Positions 10,301 through 25,300 of a stretch of 64,000 bases of DNA are shown here, piece by piece; position 1 is the stretch's first letter, and each line of letters opens with the position of its first letter. The translations under genes were made by a program, and so were the position numbers. The notes below the pieces were generated by a model that saw only the letters and a list, made by a program, of their open reading frames with translations, searched no databases and was not told where the DNA came from. The stretch lies in the NCBI RefSeq assembly GCF_036971445.1, contig NC_091480.1, positions 61,568,001 to 61,632,000 on the forward strand. Reading direction: 5' to 3'. This DNA is from Narcine bancroftii. Its lineage: Eukaryota.

Positions 10301-13300
10301 TCCACAACGTTCCAGCACACATTCCCCACACAGGGTAAGGTCCCTCCACACAGTCCTAACAAGCACTACCAGGGTGGGACACAGTGTTGAAGCACCTTCC
10401 ACACCAATATTGTGGTAACCTTATGGATGGACACTGCCTCTGTCTGTGACTGCATGATCAAACTGTACGGAGTACTTGTTGCTCTGTGAAAACCCCTTGC
10501 ACCTGGGGAACAGATCCTCAGTGCTTCAACCTGCCCACATGGCTCACAGTGGTCCCATTGAATCACACAGCACACAAATGTGGGTCCTTCTGCCCATCTG
10601 CTGCGTGCCCAAACCACACCAAACCCATTTGAACTCTCCGTGCATGCCCATCACACCGTCCCCCTACATATCAGCTAAAAGATCTCGTAACCCTTTCCTG
10701 CTCACCATAAGGCTGGAGTCCTGCAGTCCCACAGTCAGGGGGTTCTGTGGATTATAAGAAGAAGACGTTACCTGCTGTTGAGCCTGGAGAACGGGGAACA
10801 GTACAGTGCCCAACAGTACAACTTTACGTTCATATCTACCAAGGCGGAGTGATAAAGTTTATTCCGCAAGCAGTCCATTTTGTCAACTGGTATGTAGCAT
10901 GGCAGTGTAAATACAGCACAGGAGTACCGAGAAGGATCAGTGAGAACGGAGCAAAGACAACATCATTTTACCAGGATGAGGCTGGTGCACCAGTCCGTAA
11001 AGGCAGGAAGGAAGCTGTTCCTGAATCTGGTGGGGCGTGAGCTCACACCCCAGAATCTTATCCCCAGTGGGAGGGGGGGTGAAGAGAGTGTGGCCAGGGT
11101 GGACGGGTCCATTAATGTGTTGGCTGCTTTCCTGAGTCAGCGTGAGGTGTAGACGGGGTCTATGGAGGGGAGGGGGTGTAATGAGGTGTAGACGGGGTCT
11201 ATGGAGGAGAGAGGGTGTGATGAGGTGTAGATGGGGTTGATGGAGGGGAGGGGGTGCGATGAGGTGTCTGTCCGATCTGGTACCCAGTACATAGGCTCGT
11301 ACCCATCTATACCCAGTCCGTGACAGGACTGTACTTGTCTGTACCTGGTCTGTGACGGGTCCCTACCTGTTTATCAGATCTGCTACCCACAGCCGTTTCA
11401 AGTTCTGCCATTCTTTTTTCCAGTTCTGCCAGCTGCGAAAAAGAAACACAAAGGAAATTAAAATGTCCCGTGTTCAGTCAGAGTAGAAGCACTCAATATA
11501 GCTGTCCTTCAGGGTACACAGGCAAGGTAGCCTGGTCCCCTCAATTTCCCAATTTCTCCCCATCGCCTCCTCTTCCTGGCCCCTCCCTCCCCATTCAATC
11601 ATCCTCCCCTCTTGTCTCCCCATTCCCTCCGACCTCCCCTTCCCTGTCCATTCAATCTCCTTGATTGACTCCCACCCCTTCCCCCCATTCAATCTTCATC
11701 CCTTCCCCATTCCCTCCTGCCTCCTCACTCCCCCATTCAATCTCCCCTCCCCATCCCCCTCCTGCCTCCCCCTCCTTTCTCCTCCTTCCCCATCCCCTCT
11801 ACATTCTCCCCTCTTCATCCCTTTCTCCTCCTCTCCATCCCCTCTCCTTTCTCCCCCTCTACATTCTTCCCCTCTTCATCCCTTCTTTCTCCCTCTCTAC
11901 ATTCTCCCTCTTCATCCGTCCTTTCTCCCCCTCTACATTCTCCCCCTCTTCATCCCTCTTTTCCCCCCTCTCCATCCCCTCTCTTTCCCCCCCTCTCCAT
12001 CCCCTCTCCTTTCTCCCCCTCTTCATCCCTCCTTTCTCCCTCTCCATCTCCTCTTTTCTCCCCCCCTCTTTTCTCCCCCTCTCCTTTCTCCCTCTCCATC
12101 CCCTCTCCTTTCTTCCCTCCCCATCCTTTTTTTTGTGCTTAAACAAATACCAAGAGTTAACCATTACAGATACATAGGATAAAGCTAAAAGAAAAGAATT
12201 ATTGATGCACGTTGTCCATGTTTCCAACTAACCCCTTCCCCCCTCCCCACCAAATAAGTCCTCAACATAATGGAAGGAAGGTAGAAAATAGAAGAGAGAG
12301 AAAGATAGAAAAGTGAATAAAGAATCATGAAGGAGAGAGGAGCTGTTAGGATCAGGAATTCATTCCAGAAAGTCTAGATCTTTTTCTTATCTGGATCTCA
12401 AATATGGGAAGGAACAGGGACATAAAAGCTCAAGAACAGAACAAGTATCTTAAAAATTCAACCCTGTGTTCTGCAAATATGGCTGCCCGCCTCCCCCACC
12501 TTTGCTGCCTGGGTGAAACGAGCCTGCTCAGGGCGGTAGTACAGCTCGTAGGTCACCGCAGTGCCGTCTCCTCCTTTGGCAGGGTGTTGGCCAGCCGACG
12601 CATGCCCTTTGAGCCCAGTGGTGGTCTGCAGCTGTGTGAGTAGGCGCCTGTTCAGGGAAGAGAGAAGAGGAGGGGAGGCCATGCCACAAGGTCACACTGC
12701 ACAGAAACAGGCCATTCGGCCCGCCGTCAATGGCAACCATCCACCAACCATTTACAATCATCCCTACACCCCCATCCACTCCCCTCCATATTTCTCCCCC
12801 TCACCTACCCACACACTGGGGAGAAATCACGGAGGGTGATTTAACCCACTTCTCCCTACATCTGAACACAATCAGACTCAAGGAGAACGTGCAAACCCCA
12901 CAGACAGTGCTGGAAATCGGGATCGAGCGGGGGTGGCGGGGGCTCTTCAGAAGGATAGGTTATCTGCTTAGATTTTTAGAAGTCCTGCGACAAGATGCCA
13001 CACAAGAGATTGTGAAACAATATCAGGGCAGGCAATATGCAGTGCCATTATCTGATTTGGATGGATGATGGGTTAATGAGAGATAGACAAGGCAGTGAAG
13101 AAGATGGGGAGGGTTGTATAACAGGGAGACCTCAGGGTACAGGGACAGGGTGGGGAAGAAGGTGTATGGCACACTGGCCTCCATGGGTCAGGGCAATGAG
13201 AACAGGAGCAGGGACGTCCTGTTACAACTGTCCAGGACGTTGGGGAGGCCACACTTGTGGTCAGTTCTGAGCACCCAGCTGTAGGAAGGATGTCACTGAG

Positions 13301-16300
13301 CTGAAAAAGGGGCAGGAAAGATTCACCAGGATGTTCCCGGAGTTGGAGTTACAACGAGAGGCTGAATAAACTGGGGCTTTTCTCCCTGGAGTGGAAGAGG
13401 CTGAGGGGGACCTTATACATGTTTATAAAACCATGAGGGGCGTGGATAAGGTGGATGGACACAGACTATTCCCCAGGGTCAGGGAGTCTAAAACTATGTT
13501 TAAGGGGAGAGATTTAAAAGGGGCCTGAGGGGCACCTTCTTCACACAGAGGGTGGGTGTGTGGAACGAGCTGCCACAGGAAATGGTGGAGGTGGGGACAA
13601 ACACACCAGTTAACAGTCATTTGGACAGGTCCGTGGATGGACTGAATGCAGGGAAATGGGGCTAAATTATTCAGCATGGAGGCTTTGGGCCAAAGGGTCG
13701 GGTACCGCACTGATTCTTGGCTATGAGAACGGATTCATAATCAGATGCATCCCCAAAGGGCACCCAATAATGAAGTACCCTGTCCACTTACTTGGCCAAG
13801 GCTCCCTCAGGATCTGTCAGATCAATGGTGGCTTCAGGTCCCAGCACTTTCTCCAGTTGCAGAGTGGCTAGATGTTGCTTCAGGGTGGCAACCTGGCTGG
13901 CCAGCGCCACTGGGGTCAGTTTTTCCTCTGCTGTGGAGTCCTTGACAGAGTTCTGTCAGCAGGCACAATATAGCTCTTGAGGTTGCCAAGCCAATCTGTC
14001 TGGCCACCCTCCCACAACATCCCAAGCCGAAAAGATTCCCCAGCACAACCGAGGAACAGGGAGGGAGAGGCAGATCTGCCAAAGCATCTTCAACATCTGG
14101 GTTGGATGGATATCAGATGAGGCTGCAATCATTCATCTGATGCAGGAGGGAATGCTGAGAGAGGAGAGGTGGTATGAAGGGAGCACCGAGAGAGGGACGG
14201 GCGGTGAGAAGGGGACGCCGAAGAGAGGGGATGGTGTGTAGGGAACACTGAGAGGGAGGGGCAGTGAGGAGGGGGCGCTGAGAGGTGAGGTGATCTGGAG
14301 GGAGCACCAAGAGAGGGAGGGGCGGTGAGTAGGGGACGCCGAAGAGAGGGGGTGGTGTGTAAGGAACACTGAGAGGGAGGGGCAGTGAGGAGGGGGCGCT
14401 GAGAGGGGAGGTGATGTGGAGGGAGCACCGAGAGAGGGAGTGGTGGTAAGGAGAGAAAGTCGAGAGAGAGGGGGTAGTATGTAGGGAGCACCAAGAGAGG
14501 GAGTGGGAGTGAGAAGGGAGTGCCAAGAGGGGGTGGTGTGTAGGGAGTACCAAGAGAGGGAGGGGCAGTGAGGAGGGAGCACTGATAGAGAGAGGGTGGT
14601 GTGTAGGGAGCATCAAGAGAGGGAAGGTGATGTGTATGGAGCACCGAGAGAGGGAGGGGCAGTGAGGAGGGGTTGCTGTGTAGGGAGCACCAAGAGAGGA
14701 GGGTGGTGAGGAGTGGGTGCCAAGAGGGGGTGATGTGTAGGGAAACCGAGAGAGAGGGAGAGGGGGTGGGTAGGGAGCGCTGAAAGAGGCGGTGATGTGT
14801 AGGTAGCACTGAGAGAGGGGAGGTGATGTGTAGGGAGCACCGAGAGAGGTAGGGGTAGTGAGGAGGTGGTGCCAAGAGAGAGGGGGTGATGTGTAGAGAG
14901 CACTGAGAGAGGAAAGGTGATGTGTAGGGAGTGCCGAGAGAGGGAGTGGGGGTGAGGAGGGAGCACCAAGAGAGAGGAGGTGGTGTGTAGGGAGTGGTGA
15001 GAGGGTGGAGGTGGTGTGTCGGGAGTGGCGAGAGAGAGCGGGAGGGGTGCAGTGTGAGGGGGTGGTTTGTGAGGGAGGAGTGCAGGGTGAATAATGGGGG
15101 GTTTGTGAGGGAGGGGTACAGTGAGGGTGGGGCCAGTGTGAGTGTGGTCAGTGTGAGGGTGGGATGAAGCAGTGTGGGGGGGGGGGGGTCAATGTGATGG
15201 AGAGGCACATTGTGAGGGTGGGGCCAGTGTGATGGAGGGGTGTTGTGACTGGAGGATCAGTGTTGGGGGTGAGAGATATGTTGCATGCAGTGGGGGTGAG
15301 GGAGCAAGGCTGGGCGAGGGGTAGGTGACAAGATGGCGAAACCCCAGTCTGACCTTGATCTGTTCGACCTCCTCGGAGAGTTCCTTCATCTCAAGCAGCA
15401 GCCGCTGATACTTCTGCTGGGGGCTCTCCTTCATCCCGCATCCTGCAGCCAGCTAAAGAAACCAGAGGGTCACACCAAAGCCTTGCTCCTTCTGATCATG
15501 CTGGAGCCTTCTCTCCGGAAGCAAGGGGAGGAGGTTTTTCTGATCTCGGGAATTTACTGAACTGCCAGTTGCCCCTGGAGGTAGGAATGAACTGCCTCTC
15601 AAACCTCCTCAGTCCATGCAGTGAAGGTTCTTTTTTTTAAAATTTTTAAAAATTTTTCACACTATGAACCATATTAACCAAAATACACACAAACATTTCC
15701 CTCTTGAATATACACAGTGTCATTTTCTCCCCTTCCCCCCACTCCCTTCCCCACCCACTAAACGTTCAACATATACATTACAATAAACCCATTAAACAAG
15801 GTCATCACACAATGAAAATAAACAAGAAAATTGTATCATCTACTTTTACACACTGGGTCAGTTCATTTCATCTTCTCATTCTATCATTTTAGGGGGTGGA
15901 GGTCTGTGTTAGGCCCTCTCTGTTGTGATCTATGTACGGTTCCCAAATTTGTTCAAATACTGTAACTTTAATTTTTAATTATATTTTATTTTTTCCAATG
16001 GAATACATTTATTCATTTCCATGTACCATTGCTGTACTCTCAGGCTCTCTTCCGATTTCCAAGTTGACATTATACATTTTTTTGCTACTGCTGAGGCTAT
16101 CATAATAAATCTTTTTTATGCTTCATCCAATTTGAGGCCTAATTCTTTACTTCTTATATTACTTAGAAGAAAGATCTCTGGATTTTTGGTAAGTTGCTTT
16201 TTGTGATTTTATTTAATACCTGATTTAGATCTTCCCAAAACTTTTTCACTTTCTCACATGCCCAAATTGCATGTACTGTTGTTCCCGTTTCCTTCTTACA

Positions 16301-19300
16301 GCGAAAACATATATCTGATAATGTTGGGTCCCATTTATTTAACTTTTGGGGCGTGATGTATAGCCAATTATATTGTATCATGCGTAACCTCATGTTTATT
16401 GTATTTCTCATAGTTCCATAGCATAGCTTTTCCCATTTTTCATTTTTTTAATCTTTATTTTAAATCTTGTTCCCACTTTTGTTTGGGTTTACAGCTTATT
16501 TCATCGTTCTCTTTCTCTTGCAGCTTGAAGTATATGTTTGTTATAAATCTTTTAATTATCATTGTGTCTGTAATCACATATTCAAAGCTGCTTCCTTCTA
16601 GTCACCTCAGCCTGCTTCCCAATTTGTCCTTCAAGTAGGTTTTCAGTTGGTGGTATGCAAACATTGTACCGTGAATTATATCATATTTGTACTTCATTTG
16701 TTCAAAAGATAATAAATTATTTCTCAAAAAACAATTTTCTATTCTTTTGATCCCTTTTCTCTCCCATTCTCTAAAGGAAAGGTTATCTATTGTGAAAGGG
16801 ATTAGTTGATTTTGCATCAATAATAATTTTGGTAGTTGGTAATTTGTTTTTTTCCTTTCTACGTGAATCTTCTTCCAAATGTTGAGCAGATGGTGCAGTA
16901 CTGGTGAACTTCTATATTGCACCAGTTTTTCATCCCACTTATAAAGTATATGTTCTGGTACCTTCCCTATTTTATCTAGCTCTAACCTAGTCCAATCTGG
17001 TTTTTCCCTTGTTTTATAAAAATCTGATAGAATTGTGCTGCTCCATAATAATTCTTAAAGTTTGGTAGCTGTAAGCCCCCTTGTTTGTACCATTCTATTA
17101 ATTTATCTAGTGCTATCCTCGGTTTTCCCCCCTTTCCATAAGAATTTCCTTATTATTTTCTTTAGCTCATTGCAGAATTTTTCTGTTAAGGGAATTGGTA
17201 ACAATTGAAATAGGTATTGTATCCTTGGGAAGATATTCATTTTAATGCAATTTACCCTTTCTATCTGTGTTAGTGGTAAATCTTTCCAATGTTCTAAGTC
17301 ATCTTGTAATTTCTTCATTAATGGCTGATAATTTAATTTGTATAGATGGCCTAGATTATTATCTAGTCTAATACCTAGGTATCGGATTGCATGAAGTGAA
17401 GGTTTTGGGGGGGGAATTTGTGGTTCTAAACAATGAAGGAACAGCAATACATTTCCCAGTTGGGGTGGTGTGGGACTTTGGAGGGGAGACCAAGAGGTCC
17501 ATGCCCACTGCTGAAGAGTATGTATAGGGGAGGAGTCACATGATGGAGTAGTGGCCGGTAGGGGAACTCCAGCCCTCTCCAGAAGAGTTAAAAAAAGATA
17601 GAGAAAAACCAAAGGCACAAACATAAAAACCATAACAAATTGAAAGTGAAAGTGTGGAGAAAATGGCAGCGAAGAAAGAAAAACCAAAAACAACGGGAAG
17701 AAAAGAAGAAGGAAGAACGTCGAAAGAAGAAGGTGAAGGCCTTACCGGTACAAGGAGGCCCGCCGTGGAGAGAGAAGCCCGCTCCCTGAGGTCAGTCGAA
17801 GCCCCGAACTCGGGACTACAAAAATGGCTCACGGAGCCAAACAAAAGTGCGCAATCGCGCAAGACAAAAATAACACTGACGGGAGGGGGGACCAGCTGAG
17901 GAGTCGATCTCCACAGCTGAAACAGGCAACTACAACACAACAGCAAGAGGAAAACATAAAAAATAATGAGAACAAGAAGGAAGAGAGTAAAAATAAGAAA
18001 TCAAAGAAACAACAGATGACAAACCCAGAGGAAGAAGACCAACATCAAGACACTTCTAATAAAAATAAGAACAAAAATACCCAACAAAATAAAACAAACA
18101 ACCCAACAAGAAAACTATAATCGGGAAACAGAACAGTCGGAAAGGAAATAACAAATATAGAAAAAGAATTAGCAATAAAGGAAGATACAACTAAAAGAAG
18201 AGAATTGGCAGATAAAAAATAAAATATGAAACACTACAAACATATAAGGTGGAGAAGAACATAATGAAGACAAAACAGAAATATTATGAGCTAGGAGAAA
18301 AAACGCACAAAATTCTAGCGTGGCAGCTTAAGACAGAACAAACTAAAAGAATGGTATTGGCATTAAGGAAAAAAGACAAGCAAATCACATATAATCCAAA
18401 GGAGATTAATGAAAACCAGAGAATTTTACGAGCAACTATATCAAACTGAAAACGAAGGGAAAGAAGACAAAATAGATGAATTTCTAACTAAAATTGAACT
18501 GCCAAAATTACAAACAGAGGAGCAAAATAAATTAATAAAACCATTTGAAATAGAAGAATTACAGGAGATATTAAAAAAACTACCGAACAATAAAACAACA
18601 GGAGAGGATGGATTCCCAATAGAATTCTATAATACATTTAAAGACTTATTAATTCCTCCCCTTCTGGAAGTAATCAACCAGATTGATAAAACACAAAGCA
18701 TACCAAATTCATGCAAAACAGCAATAATTACAGTTATACCAAATACAGGGAAAGATCCACTCACACCAGCGTCATATAGACCAATATCTTTACTTAACAC
18801 AGATTATAAGATAATAGCTAAACTATTAGCAAACAGATTGGCCGACTATGTTCCAAAAATAGTAAATCTAGACCAAACTGGATTTATTAAAAAAAGACGA
18901 ACAACAGACAATATCTGTAAATTTATTAACTTAATTCATGCAGTAGAAGGAAATAAAACTCCAACAGTAGCAGTTGCTTTAGACGCAGAGAAGGCCTTTG
19001 ACAGAGTAGAATGGAATTATTTATTCAAAGTACTACAAAAATTCAGCCTACCAGAGAAATATATTAATTGGATTAAAGCATTATATAAGGGGCCATTGGC
19101 GAAATTGACAGTAAATGGATATATATCAAAACAATTTAACTTAAGCAGATCAACAAGGCAAGGATGACCACTATCTCCCTCACTGTTCGCGTTAGCTATA
19201 GAACCACTAGCAGAACTGATAAGAACAGAAAATAAAATAAAAGGAATAAAAATAAAAGAGAAGGAATATAAAATCAGTCTATTTCCTGATGACATTATAA

Positions 19301-22300
19301 TATACTTAACAGGACCAGAAATATCAATAAAAAAATTACATAGGAAATTGAAGGAATATGGAGAAGTATCGGGGTTCAAGATCAACGCAAATAAAAGTGA
19401 AGCAATGCCAATGAATAATGTGGATTTCACAAAGTTTAAGAAAGAATTGCCATTTAGATGGCAAACACAAGCAATGCGATACCTAGGTATACAACTAAAT
19501 ACAAACCTCGGCCATCTATATCAACTCAATTACCATCCATTAATGAAAAAATTACAAGACGACTTAGATTGGAAAGACTTACCACTAACACTGAAAGGAA
19601 GGATAAACTGTATTAAAATGAATATTTTCCCAAGGATACAATACCTATTTCAGTCATTACCAATACACCTAACAGAGAAATTCTTCAAGGAGTTAAAGAA
19701 AATAATAAGGAAATTTGTATGGAAAGGGGGGAAACCCAGGATAGCACTAGATAAATTAACAGAATGGTACAAACAAGGAGGCTTACACCTACCAAACTTT
19801 AAGAATTATTATAGAGCCGCACAATTAAGATACCTATCAGATTTTTATCAAACAAGGGAAAAGCCAGATTGGACCAGATTAGAACTAGATAAAATAGGGG
19901 AGAAGATACCTGAACATATACTATATAAATGGGATGAAAAATTGGTGCAAGGTAGGAATTCACCGGTATTGCATCATCTGCTCATCATTTGGAAAAAGAT
20001 TCATGTAGAAAGGAATAAAACAAACTACCAACTACCAAAACTAATATTGACGCAAAATCAGCTAATCCCTTTTACAATAGATAACCTTTCCTTTAGAGAA
20101 TGGGAGAAAAAAGGATCAAAAGAATAGAAAATTGTTTTTCGGGAAATAAATTATTATCCTTTGAACAAATGAAGGATAAATATAATATAACTCATGATAC
20201 AGTGTTGGCATACTACCAACTGAAATCCTACTTGAAGGACAAATTGGGAAGCAGTCTGAGGTTACCAGAGGGAAGTAATTTTGAATATGTGATTACAGAC
20301 ACAATGATAATCAAAAAATTTATAACAAACATGTATATTAAACTGCATGAAAAGGAGAACGAGGAAACAAATGGTAAAACTAAACAAAAATGGGAACAAG
20401 ATCTAAACATAAAGATAAAGAATGAAACATGGGAGAAGCTATGCTCTGGAACTATGAGAAATACAATAAGCACGAGGTTACGCATGGTACAATATAACTG
20501 GATACACAGGCTATACATCACACCTCAAAAGTTAAATAAATGGGACCCAACAGTATCAGACAGATGTTTTTGCTGTAAAAAGGAAACGGGAACAACAATT
20601 CATGCAATTTGGACATGTGAGAAAGTGAAAAATTTTGGGAAGATCTAAACCAGATATTAAATAAAATCACAAAAAGCAATATACCAAAAAACCCAGAGAT
20701 CTTCCTCCTAAGTAATATAAGAAACAAAGAATTTGGACTCGACTTGGATGGAGCACAAAAAAGATTTGTTACGATAGCCCTAGCTGTAGCAAAAAAATGT
20801 ATTATGTCAACCTGGAAATTAGAAGACAACTTGAGAATACAACAATGGTATATAGAAATGAATAAATGTATTCCATTAGAAAAAAATGACATATAATTTA
20901 AGAAATAACATTGCAATATTCGAACAAATATGGGAGCCATACATGAAATACAATAGAGAAATCCTACCATGGACTTCCACCACCTAAAATGACAGAAGGA
21001 GAAGATAATGAAAAGAACTGACTCAGTAAAATTTCTTGTTTATTTTTATTAAGTGACAACATTGTTTAATGGGTTTAATGTATCTTATAGATTGAACTTT
21101 AAATAAATGGGAAAGGGAGTGAGGGAGGGAGGGAAGGGAGGGGGGAAAAACGGGGAGAAAACGACGCTGTATATATTTAAGAAGAAAAATGTCTGTATGT
21201 ATCTTGGTCAATATGGTTTATAGTGTGAAAAATAAAAAATTTAAAAAAAAGAGTATGGATAGGGCAGTGAAGATGTATGGTTTTGTCCAAGCTTCACCAA
21301 ACTCTGGTTGGACCACACTTCTTGTATTGTGAACTGTTCTGTAAGTAGGAGGCAGTTATGCAGAGGAGATTTCCCGGAATATTGCCTGGATTGGAGAACT
21401 TTAGTGATGAGGAGAAATCGGACAGGCTGAGCTCGTCTTCCCTGGAGGGGTAATCTCATAGATTATTTTCATAAATAATTGTTATGGAAAGGTGTATGAT
21501 TAGCATGTTTGCGAATGACACTAAAGTGTCTAGCAGTGTAGAAAGTGAAGTCGGTTACGAAATATTGCAGCAGGATATTGATCATTGGCCTGGTGGGCAG
21601 AGGAGTGGTTGACAGAATTTAATACCAATAAAGGTGAGGTTTTGCATTTTGGCAAGTTAGGTAGGACCTAAACCTTTCATGGGTAGAGATCTGGGGGGGG
21701 TATTGTAGAGCTAAACAGTGCAGGTACAAAGTATCTTGAAAGTGCATTACAGGTAGATAGTGTGGTCAAAAGATATTGGCCATCATCAGTCAGAGGATTG
21801 AGAAGTTGCGACGTCATGTTGTAGTTGCATCAAATGTTGGTGAAGGTTCCCCCTCACCCTCCTCCACCCCAGGAGAAAAGTCCCAGCCTATCCAGCCTCT
21901 CCTTGTAACTCCATCCCTCCAGTCCCAGGAATATCCTGGTGAATCTTTTCTGCCCCCTTTCCAGCTCAGTGACATCCTTCCTACAGCTGAGTGCCCAGAA
22001 CTGTGCACAATATTCCATATGTGTCTCTCCAATGTCCTGTACAGTTGTAACAGGATGTCCTTGCTCCTGGACTCAGTGCCCTGACCAATGAAGGCAACTG
22101 TGTCAAACACCTTCACCATCAGGACGATCCAGGACTGGTTAGGTGGTAGACATCTTTGTGTACTCACAATCTCGTAATCTCCTGACTCATACCCAGTCCT
22201 TCTTGCCTTGCTTATGCGGTCTGAAAAATCTGTGGGACAGCAAAAAACAGGCAAGTTTTACAGCAATGCTGCATGGCACAAAGGTCAACAGAGGTGAGGA

Positions 22301-25300
22301 TCAGAGGAGGAGGGAGGTGAAAGGGAAAAAAAAAACTGGTGGTGCTGCCGTTTCTGCTTTAATGGCAGCGCTGCAGCTGGTGCGGACACAGGAGAGCAGG
22401 GAGTGAAGACACAGCACTGCTCCACAGGATCCTACCGCCAAGTCCTGATGTTGACAGCTTGATACAGGCTTCAAACAGCCTGTTCAAGGAGCCACCAGTG
22501 TTTTTTAACATCATGGAGATCATCCATGGAGATCTGTGCCCAAGATGGCAGCGCCTGTGCTGGGCAGCATACCACGGGAGGGGGGGGGGTGTTGCAGACT
22601 CTGGAAGAGCAGCAGGTCACCAGGAACGAGGATAACATGCTGTTGAGAAGAAGTCTGGGAGACAACCCAACAAGAAAGTGACCATGGCAGTGGACCAGCG
22701 AGAGGCTCAATGGCTGAAGGTCCCACACAGACTACAGGCTGTTGGCGACTCACGGTTAAAGGACTTACACCAGGCTGCGGGCTGCTGGAGACTGGCTAAT
22801 GAGTACCAGGTATTGGAACCAAGATATGAGAAGGTGCTGAAGGTAAGAATGGCTCCCAAAGGGTCTTTGGCACTGAAAGCTTCCTGATCATCTCAGAGGT
22901 TTGGATCTGGAGTTCGGGTTGCTGATGGTTTGAATGGCTGCAGAGACTGTGGGAGAAAACCCATGGATAACTGGAGACTCGTTCTCCTATTGGGGGAAGG
23001 GCACCAGGCAATGCTAATGGTGACTCTGTGTTTGCCTTAAAGCAGGCAAAATTTGAAGTATGATGCCCTCCATAATGTTTGGGACAGACATTTTTTTTCC
23101 ATTTATTTGCCTCTGTGCTCCACAGTTTTAAATTTGTAATCATACAATTCACATGTTTGCAGGAGAATGCTCCTCTTGCAGAATGTAGGTCATCAGGGAA
23201 ACCAGCAGTATCCTTGACGACTTCATCTACGAGAAATGTATCCAGTTGCAACTCTAACAAGCCGAGTTAAGGAATTGGAGCTGGAGTTGGATGAACTCCA
23301 GGTCATTCAGGAGGCAGAGGGGGTGATAGACAGGAGTTAAGGGACCTAGGAGGCAGGAGGAGGGTAGATGGGTGACAGTCAGGAGAGGGAAATGGACAGG
23401 CAGGCAGTGTAGAGCACCTCTGTGCCATTCCCTCAATAACAAGTATACCATGGGGCGAGGGGGGGGAAAGAGACCTGTCAGGTACAAGCCATGGCATACA
23501 GCCTAGTCCTGTGGCTAAGAAGAGAAGGGAGGAGAAGAGGCAAGCTGTAGTGATAGGGAATTCCATAGTTAGGGGGACAGATAAGAGGTTCTGTGGAAGA
23601 GATTGAGTATCCCAGATGGTACGTTGCCTCCCTGGTGCCAGGGTCCGAAATATCTCAGATCGAGTTCACGGCATCCTCAAGAGGAAGGGTTAGCAGCCAG
23701 ATGTAGGGACAAATGAGATGGGTAGGAGGTTTTGCAAGGAGAGTTCATGGAGTGAGGTGTTAGGTTAAAGGACAGGACCTTCAGGGTAGTGATCTCAGGA
23801 TTGCTACCCGTGCCACGTATTCGTGAGGTTAGAAATAGGAGGATAAAGCAGCTTAACATGTGGCTAAAGACATGGTGCAGGAGGGAGGACTTCATGTTTC
23901 TGGATCATTGGGCTCTCTTCCAGGAAAGTTAGGGTGGTAGAAGCCAGAGAGTAGTGGTGGATGATTGCTTCTCAGTGGTGTGTCTCAGGGATTGGTGCTG
24001 GGACTGTTGTTGTTTATCATCTATATCAATGATCTAGATGATAACGTGGTAAATTGGATCAACCAGTTCACAGGTGACACTAAGATTGGAGGCGTTGTGG
24101 ACAGTGAAGAAGGTTTTCAAAACTTGCAGAGAAATCTGGACCAGATGGAAAAATGGGCTGAACAATGGCAGATGGAGTTTAATGCAGACAAGTTGGAGGT
24201 GTTGCATTTTGGAAGGACAAATCAAGAAAGGACGCACACAATAAATGGTCGGGCACTGAGGAGTGCGGTAGAACAGAGGGAATACATATACATAATTCCC
24301 TGAAAGTGGCGTCACAGGTGGATAGGGTTGTAAAGAGAGCTTTTGGCACATTACCCTTCATAAATCAAAATGTTGAGTATAGGAGGTGGGATATTATGGT
24401 AAAGTTGTATAAGACATTGGTGAGGCCAAATTTCGAATATTGTGAGCAATTTTGGTCACCTAACTACAGGAAAGATATCATTAAGATAGAAAGAGTGCAG
24501 AGAAGGTTTACTAGGATGTTGCCCAGACTTCAGGAACAGAGTTAAACAGATTAGGACTTTATTCCCTGAAACATAGATGAGGGGAGTTTTGATAGATGAT
24601 TTTAAAATTATGATTGATATATAGACAGAGTAAATGTAGGTGGGCTTTTTCCACTGAGGATAAGTGAGATACAAACCAAAGGGCATGGGTTAAGGGTGAA
24701 AGGGGAAAGGTTTAGGGGGAGCATGAGGGGGAACTTCTTCACACAGAGAGTGGTGGGAGTGTGGAACGAGCTGCCAGATGAAGTGGTGAATGCGGGCTTG
24801 ATTTGAACATTTAAGAAGAATTTGGTAAATCATATTTCATGGATAATTGTTCAAATGACATGAAAGAGTTATCCAAGAATAAGTCCGAAAAGCATGTTAT
24901 ACCTTTAACTTTCCAGAGTAAAAGGAGACTATGGACTAGGTGCAGGTGAGTGGGACTAGGCAAAAAAAAAGTTTGGCACAGACCAGAAGGGCCGAAGGAG
25001 CCTGTTTCTGTGCTATAGCGTTCTACGGTTCTATGTGATTAAAGTGCACATTTCAGATTTTATTCAATGTTATTTGTGTACATTCTGGTTGGGACCATGT
25101 AGAAATTACAGCACTTTTTATACATCGTCCCCTCACTTCAGGCCACCTTAATATTTGAAACAGAGCAATGGTATGTATGTTAAAGTCCTGTTTAGTACTT
25201 TGTTGCATATCCCTTGCAGCCAATGACTGCCTGATGTCTGTGATTCATACACATCACCAGCATCTTCTCTGGTGATACTCTGCCAGGCCTCTATTGCAGC

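Noticed and set aside
14113..15208. 359-aa and overlapping ORFs
   Set aside because: Minisatellite translation inside a DCTN2 intron.
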